DNA from: a bacterium BMS3Bbin13
Lineage (GTDB): Bacteria > Pseudomonadota > Gammaproteobacteria > 21-64-14
Assembly: GCA_002897735.1 (NCBI GenBank)
Contig: BDTW01000021.1
Coordinates: forward strand, 70,813-134,812
Length of the DNA: 64,000 nt
Direction of reading: 5' to 3'
In this document: positions 9,554-19,140 of the stretch, piece after piece
Layout: each line of letters begins with the position of its first letter
Position numbering within the stretch: the first letter of the stretch is position 1
Program-made: the position numbers and the translations under genes
The notes under the pieces: model-generated
Told to the model about the DNA's origin: nothing
Seen by the model: only the letters and a program-made list of their open reading frames with translations
Databases searched by the model: none

Positions 9554-10969
9554 TCAACCCGGCTCCTGGTCCATCCCGAGTTCCCGGATCTTGCGGGTGA
9601 GGGTGTTGCGCCCCCACCCGAGCAGCTTCGCGGCGTCCTGGCGCCGACCGCCGGTGCGGCGCAGCGCGGCCTCGATCAGGATCCGCTCGACGCGCGGCAC
9701 GGCCTGATCGATGAGTTCGCGCTCACCCCGGGCCAGACGTTGATCGGCCCAGCGGTGCAGGCCCGCCTCCCAGTCCTCGGCGCCGCGCGCCGTCGATGTG
9801 CCGGTGCGCAGTTCCGGGGGCAGGTCGTCCTGGTGAATCTCGCGGGCCGGCGCCATCACCGTGAGCCAGCGGCAGGTGTTCTCGAGCTGGCGCACGTTGC
9901 CCGGCCAGTCGAGGCCTTGCAGGTAGGACGCCACCTCCGGGCGCAGGGTCTTGGGCTCGACGCCCAACTCCCGGGCCGCGCGCTCCAGAAAAGATCGCGC
10001 CAGGACCGGGATATCGGAGCGGCGCTCGCGTAGCGGCGGGATGTGGATGCGGATGACGTTGAGCCGGTGGAACAGGTCCTCCCGAAAGCGCCCCTCACGC
10101 ACGCACTGCTCGAGGTCCTGGTGGGTGGCGGTGATGATGCGCACGTCCACCTGGATGGGGGTGTGCCCGCCGACCCGGTAGAACTCGCCGTCCGCCAACA
10201 CCCGCAGCAGCCGCGTCTGCAGCTCGGCCGGCATGTCGCCGATCTCGTCGAGGAACAACGTGCCGCCGTCGGCCTGCTCGAAACGCCCGCGCCGCTGGCT
10301 GGTGGCGCCGGTGAAGGCACCGCGTTCGTGACCGAACAGCTCCGATTCCAGCAGGTCCCGGGGAATGGCGGCGGTGTTCAGCGCGATGAACGGGCACTCC
10401 GCGCGCGGGCTGTGGCGGTGCAGGGCGCGGGCGACGAGTTCCTTCCCGGTGCCGGATTCGCCGTTGATCAGGACCGTGATCTTGGACCGCGACAGCCGTC
10501 CGATGGCGCGGAAGACCTCCTGCATGGCCGGGGCCTCGCCGATGATCTCCGCGTCGGGGAGAGCGGGCGCGGAAACGGCCCCGCCCCGCCCGGTCCGACG
10601 CTGAGCGACGGCGCGGCGCACGACCGCGACCGCTTCGTCGATGTCGAAGGGCTTGGGCAGGTATTCGAATGCGCCGCCCTGATAGGCGGAGACGGCACTG
10701 TCGAGATCGGAGTGCGCGGTCATGATGATCACCGGCAGGTCGGGCTGCTGCGCCTGGATGCGCTCCAACAACTCCATGCCGTTCATGCCGGGCATACGCA
10801 CGTCGGTGACGATCGCGTCCGGGGGGTTGCGGGACAGGGCGTCGAGGACCCCCGCGGCACTCTCGAAGCTCTCGACGTTCATGTCGGCCTGGCGCAGGGC
10901 GCGCTCGAGCACCCACCGGATCGACCGGTCGTCGTCGATGATCCAAATCCGTTCCGGGCTACTCATCAC
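9554..10969 (-). CDS. ntrC: Nitrogen regulation protein NR(I), sigma54-dependent response regulator NtrC
   Basis: A receiver domain ([18 protein letters not shown]), an AAA+ sigma54-interaction domain ([15 protein letters not shown]…GAFTGA) with a GAFTGA motif, and a C-terminal Fis-type HTH. Confidence 0.92.
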   Translation of the reverse strand: MMSSPERIWIIDDDRSIRWVLERALRQADMNVESFESAAGVLDALSRNPPDAIVTDVRMPGMNGMELLERIQAQQPDLPVIIMTAHSDLDSAVSAYQGGAFEYLPKPFDIDEAVAVVRRAVAQRRTGRGGAVSAPALPDAEIIGEAPAMQEVFRAIGRLSRSKITVLINGESGTGKELVARALHRHSPRAECPFIALNTAAIPRDLLESELFGHERGAFTGATSQRRGRFEQADGGTLFLDEIGDMPAELQTRLLRVLADGEFYRVGGHTPIQVDVRIITATHQDLEQCVREGRFREDLFHRLNVIRIHIPPLRERRSDIPVLARSFLERAARELGVEPKTLRPEVASYLQGLDWPGNVRQLENTCRWLTVMAPAREIHQDDLPPELRTGTSTARGAEDWEAGLHRWADQRLARGERELIDQAVPRVERILIEAALRRTGGRRQDAAKLLGWGRNTLTRKIRELGMDQEPG

Positions 10970-12056
10970 GGGACTCCGGCGGCAAGGGCAGGGGCAGGGG
11001 CAACAACAGGGTGAATTCGGTATGGCCGGGGCGGCTGGTGCACTCGATCAGGCCGCCATGGTGGCTCACCAGGGACTGGGCGATGGACAGACCCAGCCCG
11101 GTGCCGCCCTCCCGGGCGGTGATCAAGGGGTAGAAGATGCTCTCCTGCATCCCGGCCGGAATCCCGGGGCCGTCGTCGACCACCTCGATGCGCGCCACGA
11201 GCTTGTGGCGTCGCGCGCCGATCGTAAGCTGGCGGTCGGCCCGGGTACGCAACAGGATCGTCCCGCGCTCACCCACCGCCTGCAGGGCGTTGCGCACGAT
11301 ATTCAACAGCGCCTGCACGAGTTGGTCGCGGTCGCCCGCCAGGGGCGGGATGCTCGGGTCGTAGTCACGCACGATCCGCACCCCGGCCGGCGACTCCGCC
11401 TCGATCAGGCCGCGCACGTGTTCGACGACCTCATGGATATTGACAGGGCCCGTGCGCGGCGGCCCGTTGGGACCGAGCATCCGGTCCACCAGCGCCTGCA
11501 GGCGATCCGCCTCGCCGATGATGATGCGCGTGTACTCCTGAAGCGCCGGGTCGGGCAGCTCGCGTTCGAGCAGTTGCGCGGCGCCGCGCAATCCGCCCAA
11601 GGGATTCTTGATCTCGTGCGCGAGCCCCCGGGTCAGGGTGCGCGTGGCCTGGTTCTGGGCGATCAGGCTCTCCTCCCGGGCGATGCGCAACGGGAGGTCG
11701 ACCTGAACGATCTCCAGCAGCAGGGAGCGGGTCTTGCCGGAATCGCTCAACGGGGTCACCGTACAATCCACCGTGATACTCCGATCCGGCGGCAGGCGTA
11801 CCTCCACGCCGCGTTCCGTATAGGCGCGCGCACCGGCCGCGGCCTGGTGCAGGATCGACACCAGCACTCCGGCCCCCGGGAGCGCGGCACCCAGCACCAA
11901 GCCCTGTGCCTGACGGGTGCTGATCTCGAACAGGGCCTCGGCGGCCGGGTTGAGATGGCGCACGCACAAGTCCTCGCCGAGCAGTAGCACGGCGGTGCTC
12001 AGATTCTCCACGATCCGCTGTGCCTGGATCTTCGATGACCACACCCGCACTGCCAT
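10959..12056 (-). CDS. ntrB: Nitrogen regulation sensor histidine kinase NtrB
   Basis: PAS-like N-terminus, H-box (LAHEIKNPLGG) and HATPase motifs (VDDGPGIP…GGTGLGLS). It lies immediately upstream of ntrC with an 11-bp overlap. Confidence 0.9.
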   Translation of the reverse strand: MAVRVWSSKIQAQRIVENLSTAVLLLGEDLCVRHLNPAAEALFEISTRQAQGLVLGAALPGAGVLVSILHQAAAGARAYTERGVEVRLPPDRSITVDCTVTPLSDSGKTRSLLLEIVQVDLPLRIAREESLIAQNQATRTLTRGLAHEIKNPLGGLRGAAQLLERELPDPALQEYTRIIIGEADRLQALVDRMLGPNGPPRTGPVNIHEVVEHVRGLIEAESPAGVRIVRDYDPSIPPLAGDRDQLVQALLNIVRNALQAVGERGTILLRTRADRQLTIGARRHKLVARIEVVDDGPGIPAGMQESIFYPLITAREGGTGLGLSIAQSLVSHHGGLIECTSRPGHTEFTLLLPLPLPLPPESRDE

Positions 12057-12268
12057 ACCCCGCTTGCTTGCAAAAACCAAACCACCCACCGGGAACCCGC
12101 GCCTCCCGCCCGGGCCTGTTTCAGGATCACATGTTAAATCCGTTGGTTATGAAAGGGATAGCAGGCCATCCGACGACGCGCGGGGTCCTGGCTGTCCTCG
12201 GGACGCTGGCCTCTATTCTGCACCAATCCGGTGCGCGTCGTGTGGCCGACCCGCACGCCGTCGGATGA

Positions 12269-12895
12269 TCAGCGAGGGGGAGTGATCACGTTGGGGTGCG
12301 GGCTAAGTACATTGGGGTGAGGACTCAGCACGTTCGGGTTGGGCTTCGCGGTATTCCGTCCCGACCGGGACGCCGGCGCCGAAAGTCGCGAGTAGCGCAT
12401 CAAGTGGAACGTGACCGAAGGGCTGGACATCAGGACCTTGCCGGCGCCATCCACGATCTGCGCCTGCAACGTGTGGGTGCCTCGATCGACGTTGCGGAGG
12501 ACGGCCTGCGGTGCGCGATAGCGCTTGGCGAGGCGTTTCCCGTCCAGGACCAGGGCGATGACCTGCCCCCGGTCCGTCCTCAAGGGCGGCTTCACCTCCA
12601 TCCGCACCGTGACATCCCCGTTGTTGCGGCGCACCGTGGCATCCGGCGCGGGCGTGGAGATGCGCAAGACACGATAGGGCGCGGCGCCCTGCATCGTGGA
12701 AGCGGCGGGTCCGGGATTCGGGAGTTTGCCGGGTTCGTAGACGTTGGCCGGCGGGATGATCATCTTGCGCGCGCCGTGGTGCGGTTGGTCGGAGAAGACC
12801 ACCGTCCCGTCCGGTTCCACCCAACGGTACACCGTGGTGGCGGCGGCCAGAGCGGGGGCCGCCACGAGGACGAGCAGAAACGCGATGCGGCGCAT
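12269..12895 (-). CDS. DUF4124-domain periplasmic protein with C-terminal PNVLSPH heptad repeats
   Basis: A signal peptide plus the DUF4124 motif (VYRWVEPDGTVVFSDQP). The C-terminal NPNVLSPHPNVLSPHPNVITP is encoded by 21-bp tandem repeats at about 12272-12340. Confidence 0.7.
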   Translation of the reverse strand: MRRIAFLLVLVAAPALAAATTVYRWVEPDGTVVFSDQPHHGARKMIIPPANVYEPGKLPNPGPAASTMQGAAPYRVLRISTPAPDATVRRNNGDVTVRMEVKPPLRTDRGQVIALVLDGKRLAKRYRAPQAVLRNVDRGTHTLQAQIVDGAGKVLMSSPSVTFHLMRYSRLSAPASRSGRNTAKPNPNVLSPHPNVLSPHPNVITPPR

Positions 12896-12967
12896 TTATC
12901 TACAATAGTAGAGCGGCTCGTGGGAAGCAACCGCGGCGCATCCGGCGTCGCGCGGGGCCGACGGCGA

Positions 12968-13012
12968 AGATGGAAAAACGGCGGGCGCCCCGACAAAGGG
13001 GGCGCCCGCCGT
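12968..13012 (-). terminator. Rho-independent terminator downstream of glnA
   Basis: On the minus strand a GC hairpin (ggcgggcgcccc…ggggcgcccgcc) is followed by GTTTTTCC, directly after the glnA stop. Confidence 0.7.
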
Positions 13013-13047
13013 CACGCCGCTACAGTGATCCCAAGCCCGACCGGCGG

Positions 13048-14454
13048 CTAGAGGCTGTAGTAGAGGTCGAACTCGACCGGATGGGTGGTCATCCGCAGGC
13101 GGGTGATCTCCTGCATCTTGAGGTCGATATAGCCGTCGATCAAGTCGTCCGTGAACACCCCGCCCGCCTTGAGGAACTTGCGATCCACGTCAAGGGCGTC
13201 GAGTGCCTGATCCAACGCATGGCAGACCGTCGGAATCTTCTTCTCCTCCTCGGGCGGCAGGTCGTAGAGGTCCTTGTCCATGGATTCGCCGGGGTGGATC
13301 TTGTTCTGAATACCGTCGAGTCCGGCCATCATCATCGCGGTAAAGGCGAAGTACGTGTTGCCACAGGCGTCCGGGAATCGCACTTCGATACGACGCGCCT
13401 TGGGGTTGGACACGGACGGGATGCGGACCGCGGCCGAGCGGTTGCTCGCCGAGTAGGCCAACAGGATCGGCGCCTCGAAACCGGGCACCAGCCGCTTGTA
13501 GCTGTTGGTGCTGGCGTTGGTGAAGGCGTTGAGCGCGCGCGCGTGCTTGAAGATGCCGCCGATGTAGTACAGGGCCAGCTCCGAGAGGCCGCCGTACTTG
13601 TTGCCCATGAACAGGTTTTTGCCCTGCTTGGCGAGCGACTGATGCACGTGCATCCCGTTGCCGTTGTCTCCGACGAGGGGCTTGGGCATGAACGTCGCGG
13701 TCTTGCCGTAGGCGTGGGCGACATTCTGCACCACGTATTTCATGATCAACATTTCATCGGCCTTGCGCACCAGGGAGTTGAAGGCGGTACCGATCTCGCA
13801 CTGTCCCGCGGTCGCCACCTCGTGGTGGTGCATCTCCACCTCGATGCCCATCTCCTCGAGCGCCAGGCACATGGCCGAACGGATATCCTGCAGGGAATCC
13901 ACCGGCGGCACCGGGAAATAGCCGCCCTTGATCGACGGCCGGTGGCCGATGTTGCCGTCCTCGAACACACGTTCGGAGTTCCACGACGCCTCGTCCGAAT
14001 CGACCTTGTAGAAAGCACCGCTCATGGTGGTGCCCCAACGCACGTCGTCGAGGATGAAGAATTCCGGTTCCGGCCCGAAGTAGGCGGTGTCGGCGATCTT
14101 GGTGGACTTGAGATAGGCCTCGGCACGCTTGGCGATCGTGCGCGGATCGCGTTCGTAGCCCTGCATGGTGCTCGGCTCGAGGATGTCGCAACGCAGGAGC
14201 AGCGTAGTCTCGTCGGTGAACGGATCCATCACCGCACTCCCGGCATCCGGCATCAGCACCATGTCGGACTCGTTGATGCACTTCCAGCCGGCGATGCTCG
14301 AACCATCGAACATCTTGCCGTCCTTGAAGAACCCGGCGTCGATCTGGCTCGCGGGCAGGGACACGTGCTGCTCCTTTCCGCGCGTGTCGACGAAGCGCAG
14401 ATCCACGAACTTCACTTCTTTGTCTTTCATCAACTTCAGAACGTTTGCGGACAT
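13048..14454 (-). CDS. glnA: Glutamine synthetase type I
   Basis: Canonical GSI throughout (…[17 protein letters not shown]…, ATP-binding and adenylylation-site regions); 468 aa. Confidence 0.95.
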   Translation of the reverse strand: MSANVLKLMKDKEVKFVDLRFVDTRGKEQHVSLPASQIDAGFFKDGKMFDGSSIAGWKCINESDMVLMPDAGSAVMDPFTDETTLLLRCDILEPSTMQGYERDPRTIAKRAEAYLKSTKIADTAYFGPEPEFFILDDVRWGTTMSGAFYKVDSDEASWNSERVFEDGNIGHRPSIKGGYFPVPPVDSLQDIRSAMCLALEEMGIEVEMHHHEVATAGQCEIGTAFNSLVRKADEMLIMKYVVQNVAHAYGKTATFMPKPLVGDNGNGMHVHQSLAKQGKNLFMGNKYGGLSELALYYIGGIFKHARALNAFTNASTNSYKRLVPGFEAPILLAYSASNRSAAVRIPSVSNPKARRIEVRFPDACGNTYFAFTAMMMAGLDGIQNKIHPGESMDKDLYDLPPEEEKKIPTVCHALDQALDALDVDRKFLKAGGVFTDDLIDGYIDLKMQEITRLRMTTHPVEFDLYYSL

Positions 14455-14619
14455 GAAAGGGCCTCCTGGGCAGTGACTCGGGCGGCGGAACGGGCGGCAG
14501 CGCCGAGGATTTCCGATACCGTGGTCGATATCGATAGTGATATCGAGTTCGAGGTGCCCCGGAGCCGCTCAGGGCGGTCACCGTGGTTCCTCGGTTCCCA
14601 CGGCCACCGGAACCGATTA

Positions 14620-14780
14620 CAGGGATGGAGCACGATCCGTGCCACGAACACAACCTCCTGTTATTAAAAGTCTTTCATAAAAATCCCTGAGGGGCGGGGC
14701 CGGAAAACGCACCATGACGGTGCGCCGCGGTCATGCGCGCACTCATTTTATGCGGATGCACCCTCGAAGTGCACCCGGAC
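14620..14780 (-). promoter_or_regulatory. glnAp2-like control region: sigma54 -24/-12 promoter, an AT-rich tract and two NtrC-type enhancer half-site pairs
   Basis: On the minus strand, TGGCACGgatcGTGCT at about 14627-14645. An AT-rich tract lies at 14661-14690. CGCACCAtgaCGGTGCG is at 14706-14722 and TGCACCCtcgAAGTGCA at 14757-14773, both close to the NtrC consensus TGCACCA-N3-TGGTGCA. Confidence 0.6.
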
Positions 14781-15933
14781 TTCACCCACGCCGTCGAGCG
14801 CCTTGGCGCGGCGCGCCAGCGCCCGTGCCAGCGCCTGTGCGGCCGGCAGGTCGGCGACGACGTCCAACGGCAGGACCACCTCCACGTCCACCCGGCCCTC
14901 CAGATAGTGCAGGGTGACGCGCTCGATGCGCCGCGCCTCGTCGAAGCCGCGCCATTGCCGGTGCAATCGATCGAGCATCTCGTCGCGCAGCGGCAGGTCG
15001 CGCGAGCACATCGTGGCCTCGTCGTCCTCGGGATCGATGTGCACGAGGACGTCGCTGATCTCATCGAACCGGCGCACCAGCCGCCTGCGGACGGTTTCAC
15101 TGATCTGGTGCCCCTCGGAGACGCTCACCTTCGGATCCACCAGGATGTGTACGTCCACCAGCGCGTCGCGCCCCATGCGCCGAGTGCGCAACAGGTGCAG
15201 GGCCTGCACGCCGTCGACGGCGAGGATCTCCCGCTTCACCGCCGCCACCTGCTCCCGATCGAGACCGGTGTCGACCAGCTCACGCAGGCTCTGCCAGCTC
15301 AGATCCCAGCCGATTTTGGCGATCATCAGCGCGACGATCACGGCCGCGACCGCATCCAGGTACGGCAACCCGGCCATGGTACCGCCGATCCCGATAGCGA
15401 CCACCACCGAGGAGATGGCGTCGCTGCGATGGTGCCAGGCGTTGGCCTGCAGCAGGTTGGAGCGCGCGCGGCGCGCGGCGTGCATCGTGTAGTGGTAGAG
15501 ACCCTCCTTGGAGACGATCGACAGCACGGCCACGACCAGGGTGAGCAAATCCGGATGCAACAGCTCCCGCGGCACGAACAGCCGGCTCCCGGTATCGTAG
15601 CCGATGCCCGCGCCCACGGCGATCAGCAACACGCCGAGCCCGACCGTGACCGCGGTCTCGACGCGCGCATGCCCATACGGGTGGTCCTCGTCGGCATCCC
15701 GGCTCCCGTGCCGCGCGGCGACCAGCACCATGGCGTCCGAGGCGAGGTCGGAGAGGGAGTGGACGCCGTCGACGACCAGCGCCTGCGATTGGCCGATGAT
15801 GCCGAACAGGATCTTGGCGCCGGCCAGCACGACGTTGATCACCGCGCCGACGATGGTCACGCGGAACACGGCCCGGTAGCGGGCGCCGGCGTCCAGAGAC
15901 TCCGTGTGATGGTGGGCGATGCCGTTGGTCATG
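14748..15933 (-). CDS. Cation diffusion facilitator (CDF) family metal efflux transporter
   Basis: A His-rich N-terminus (MTNGIAHHH), six TM helices and a C-terminal CDF cytoplasmic domain (LHLLRTRRMGRDALVDVHILVDP). The start is the ATG at 15931-15933. Confidence 0.85.
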
Positions 15934-15961
15934 GGTTCGGGGATGACGGGCACGACGACGG

Positions 15962-16213
15962 CTACCGGTGCCCCTCGTCCGAGACCACCTCGATGGTGAT
16001 GGCGATCTCGCCGGCCGTCTCCCGGATCCCGATCACCCGGTGGCCGTACATCCGGCACCAGGCCGGGATATCGTGGCGCACCCCGGGGTCGGTGCAACGG
16101 ATCTCGAGCCGCTCGCCGGGCGCCAGGTCCCGCACCCGGTCCTGAGTACGGATCACGGGCAGCGGGCAAAGCAGGCGCCGGACATCGAGCACTGAACGGT
16201 TCACAGATACCAC
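15962..16213 (-). CDS. TusA-like sulfur carrier protein (SirA/YedF/YeeD family)
   Basis: LDVRRLLCPLPV carries the CPxP motif with the catalytic Cys; about 83 aa. It overlaps the 3' end of the upstream PP-loop gene by 13 bp. Confidence 0.8.
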   Translation of the reverse strand: MVSVNRSVLDVRRLLCPLPVIRTQDRVRDLAPGERLEIRCTDPGVRHDIPAWCRMYGHRVIGIRETAGEIAITIEVVSDEGHR

Positions 16214-17244
16214 TCCGCGGGGATCTCCTCGGCGGGCAGCGGTGCGACCTCGAGGATGCGCGGCTCCCCCCCGCCGCGCGCCACGGCGACCCGCACCCGC
16301 GGCGACCCGCGTCCCTGGCTAAACCGAGCCGTCAGCCGCGCCGCCAGATCGAGGTCCCCGTCCGAGACCTCGCCGTCCACCAGCACCAACGGTCCCGGGT
16401 GGCTCACCGTGGTGAGGTTCGTGAACTGCTTACGGTAACCCTCGAGGAAGCGGTTCTCCCCCTCCTCGCGCGCGACGATCAGCTTGAAGTGCGGCCGGGG
16501 CCGCAGGTGGCGCCCGACCTTGAGGAGCATGATGTCGTCCAACTCGTAGTCGCGCGCCGCGCGCGCACGCCACAGGTCGGCGAGCTTCGCCGCGTAGCGC
16601 GGGTCGGTCAGGAAACAACACCCCCCGGCCGGCTGGGCGTAGTCGCGGAACCCGTAGTGCTCCGCCAGGGCCATCTGCGGTTTGCGGGTACGCCCGCTGA
16701 AGTCGAGCAGCCGCTCGCGCTCGACCCAGCCCTCGCGTTCGGGCAGGGTGGGTGGCAGGAGCTTGGCGCTCAACGGACGCAACAGCCGGTCGCCGGCGCC
16801 CGACTCGCGCGCGATCACCGGCATCGTATCCCGGCGCTGCGACATGGGCCGCTGGCCGATGACCTCGCCGGTGATCACGAAATCGAACCCGTGCTCCTGC
16901 ATCCACGCATAGGCGCGCCCGACCATGAACCCCTTGCAGTCCAGACAGGGATTCAGGTTATGACCGTACCCGTGTCGGGGATTGAGCACCACGTCCTTGT
17001 AATCGGTGGAGACATCGATGAGGTGCAGCCGGATGCCCAGTTGCTCCGCCACCCACAAGGCGTTGTTGCGTTTCGGGCGGTCGCGATCGCGGCTGCGGAT
17101 GGCGTGCGTGTGCCCCTCCACGCAAAAACCGGTGAAGAAATTGACCCCCTCCACGCGGATCCCCTGATCGAGGATCACGCGCGCGGCGAGCAACGAGTCC
17201 AGTCCGCCGGAGATGAGGGCCACCGCCGTGCGCGGCTCCGCCAT
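16201..17244 (-). CDS. PP-loop ATP pyrophosphatase, divergent MnmA/TrmU-like thiouridylase-family protein
   Basis: N-terminal PP-loop (AVALISGGLDSLLAA), NPCLDCKGFM (compare MnmA NPxxxCN-KF) and a second Cys motif GGCCFLTD (compare MnmA GICFIGE). The start is the ATG at 17242-17244; the 48-codon upstream extension is not credible. Confidence 0.6.
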   Translation of the reverse strand: MAEPRTAVALISGGLDSLLAARVILDQGIRVEGVNFFTGFCVEGHTHAIRSRDRDRPKRNNALWVAEQLGIRLHLIDVSTDYKDVVLNPRHGYGHNLNPCLDCKGFMVGRAYAWMQEHGFDFVITGEVIGQRPMSQRRDTMPVIARESGAGDRLLRPLSAKLLPPTLPEREGWVERERLLDFSGRTRKPQMALAEHYGFRDYAQPAGGCCFLTDPRYAAKLADLWRARAARDYELDDIMLLKVGRHLRPRPHFKLIVAREEGENRFLEGYRKQFTNLTTVSHPGPLVLVDGEVSDGDLDLAARLTARFSQGRGSPRVRVAVARGGGEPRILEVAPLPAEEIPAEWYL

Positions 17245-17467
17245 GGAGATACCCCTATAAAATCCACAGGAAAACGCCGCCGGGCGGCCGAGAAGGAAAG
17301 AGGGAGTGTAGAAGATCCACCGGGTCCGGGCCAGCACTGCACTGCACGCGCCGCTTACGGTGCGAGAGCGGATTCTACGGGGACGGTTCAAAAGAAGGGG
17401 GGAGCGTCACCACCCGGTCATGGGCGGATACCCCCCGGCGTTTGCCGTACAGGAATACGGAGACGGA

Positions 17468-18043
17468 TTAGTGTACCGGTCCGCCCACCGGGGCGGGCGG
17501 ACCCGGGACGGCGCCGCCCGCACTGCTCAGGCGCTCGAAGGCGCGACGGCTGCCGGTCTCGTGCCAGAGTTCGGCGGCACGCAGCAGGTCCACGCCCGCG
17601 CCGCCATTGACCTCCCGGGTCGCCTGCAGCACATCCATCAGGGAGACGAAGGTCGCGGCGAGGCGCTCGAACAGGGCATGCAGCCCGCGCGTGCGCGTGG
17701 CCGCGAGTTCGCAATAGGCGCTGCGTCCGAGGCCCACGAAATAGCCCGGAGAGACCAAGCGCCGTTCGCCGCGTCCGGGGAACAATCCCGAGAACAACAG
17801 ACACTGATCGCCGACGTCGCGCAACCGCTCGGCGCGGCGGGTACCGTACGAGTCGAGGGCACGCAGGTAGTCCAGAGCCATGACCCGCGCGGCGAGCTGC
17901 GGCTCGCCCGTGAAGCGCATCAGCAGGAAGACCAGATAGCTCTCCACGTCTTCCCCGAGATCGCAGCGGCATACGCGTTGCGCCTCCTCGACGAGGGCGT
18001 GCCACTGCGCGGCGGCGCTCGGTTGCAGGACCAATCCGGACAT
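17468..18043 (-). CDS. Hypothetical protein, first gene of the apparent PP-loop/TusA/CDF operon
   Basis: A 191-codon ORF in the strand and position of an operon leader gene. No recognisable motifs. Confidence 0.45.
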   Translation of the reverse strand: MSGLVLQPSAAAQWHALVEEAQRVCRCDLGEDVESYLVFLLMRFTGEPQLAARVMALDYLRALDSYGTRRAERLRDVGDQCLLFSGLFPGRGERRLVSPGYFVGLGRSAYCELAATRTRGLHALFERLAATFVSLMDVLQATREVNGGAGVDLLRAAELWHETGSRRAFERLSSAGGAVPGPPAPVGGPVH

Positions 18044-18210
18044 TCGTTCCGTCCCTCCCCTATGGTTGATCGACCATCGGGAAGGGGTTCTTTAGCCCTG
18101 ATCGGCACCCGCTCGACGACCTTCGTTCGCGCCCGTCGGCACGCTATACTGGTTCGTCGTTTCCGACCGACGCCCCCAGGGGCCCCAAAGGAATCTCCGG
18201 GAAAGCGCCC

Positions 18211-19140
18211 GTGGCCGAACCGCACCCACCCTCACCGCCCGACACCTTCCAGGACCTGATCCTGGCGCTGCAGCACTACTGGGCCGCGCGCGGCTGCGTG
18301 CTGCTGCAGCCCTACGACCTCGAAGTCGGGGCGGGGACCTTCCATCCGGCGACGTTTCTGCGCGCGGTAGGACCCGAGCCATGGAACGCCGCCTACGTGC
18401 AGCCCTCACGCCGCCCCACGGACGGGCGCTACGGCGAGAATCCGAACCGGTTGCAGCACTACTATCAATTCCAGGTGGTACTCAAACCCTCACCGCCCGA
18501 TATCCAGGATCTGTACCTCGACTCGCTGCGCACACTGGGCCTGGACCCGCTGGTGCACGACATCCGCTTCGTGGAAGACAACTGGGAGTCCCCGACCCTG
18601 GGCGCATGGGGGCTCGGCTGGGAGGTGTGGCTCAACGGCATGGAGATCACGCAGTTCACGTATTTCCAGCAGGTGGGCGGCCTGGACTGCACCCCGGTCA
18701 TGGGGGAGATCACCTACGGACTGGAACGTATCGCCATGTACCTGCAGCGCGTCGACAGCGTCTTCGACCTGACATGGACTACCGGCGCGCAGGGGCGGAT
18801 CTCCTACGGTGACGTGTTCCACCAGAACGAGGTGGAGATGTCCGCTTACAACTTCGAGCACGCCGACGTGGATGCCCTGTTCCGCCGATTCGACACCTGC
18901 GAGGCGGAGAGCCGGCGGTTGGCGGAGCTGGATCTGCCCTTGCCGGCCTACGAGATGGCCCTCAAGGCCTCGCACACCTTCAATCTGCTGGATGCACGCA
19001 ATGCGATCTCCGTGACCGAGCGCCGGCGTTACCTGCTGCGGGTGCGGGCCCTGGCACGCGCCGTGGCGGAGCGTTACCTGGCACGGCGCGCGGCACTGGG
19101 CTTCCCGCTGCAGCATCACCCGGCGGGCGATGCGCCATGA
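18211..19140 (+). CDS. glyQ: Glycine--tRNA ligase alpha subunit
   Basis: [34 protein letters not shown]… is a canonical GlyQ. Confidence 0.95.
   Translation: MAEPHPPSPPDTFQDLILALQHYWAARGCVLLQPYDLEVGAGTFHPATFLRAVGPEPWNAAYVQPSRRPTDGRYGENPNRLQHYYQFQVVLKPSPPDIQDLYLDSLRTLGLDPLVHDIRFVEDNWESPTLGAWGLGWEVWLNGMEITQFTYFQQVGGLDCTPVMGEITYGLERIAMYLQRVDSVFDLTWTTGAQGRISYGDVFHQNEVEMSAYNFEHADVDALFRRFDTCEAESRRLAELDLPLPAYEMALKASHTFNLLDARNAISVTERRRYLLRVRALARAVAERYLARRAALGFPLQHHPAGDAP

Noticed and set aside
16201-17391. N-terminal extensions of several ORFs, including the PP-loop protein (to 17391), metH (to 48906), yidC (from 29011), yidD (from 28704), gyrB (to 25502), rnd (from 39228) and tusA (to 35753).
   Set aside because: The extensions lack homology to the respective families. 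Conserved N-termini begin at internal ATG codons consistent with family alignments, so starts were trimmed accordingly.
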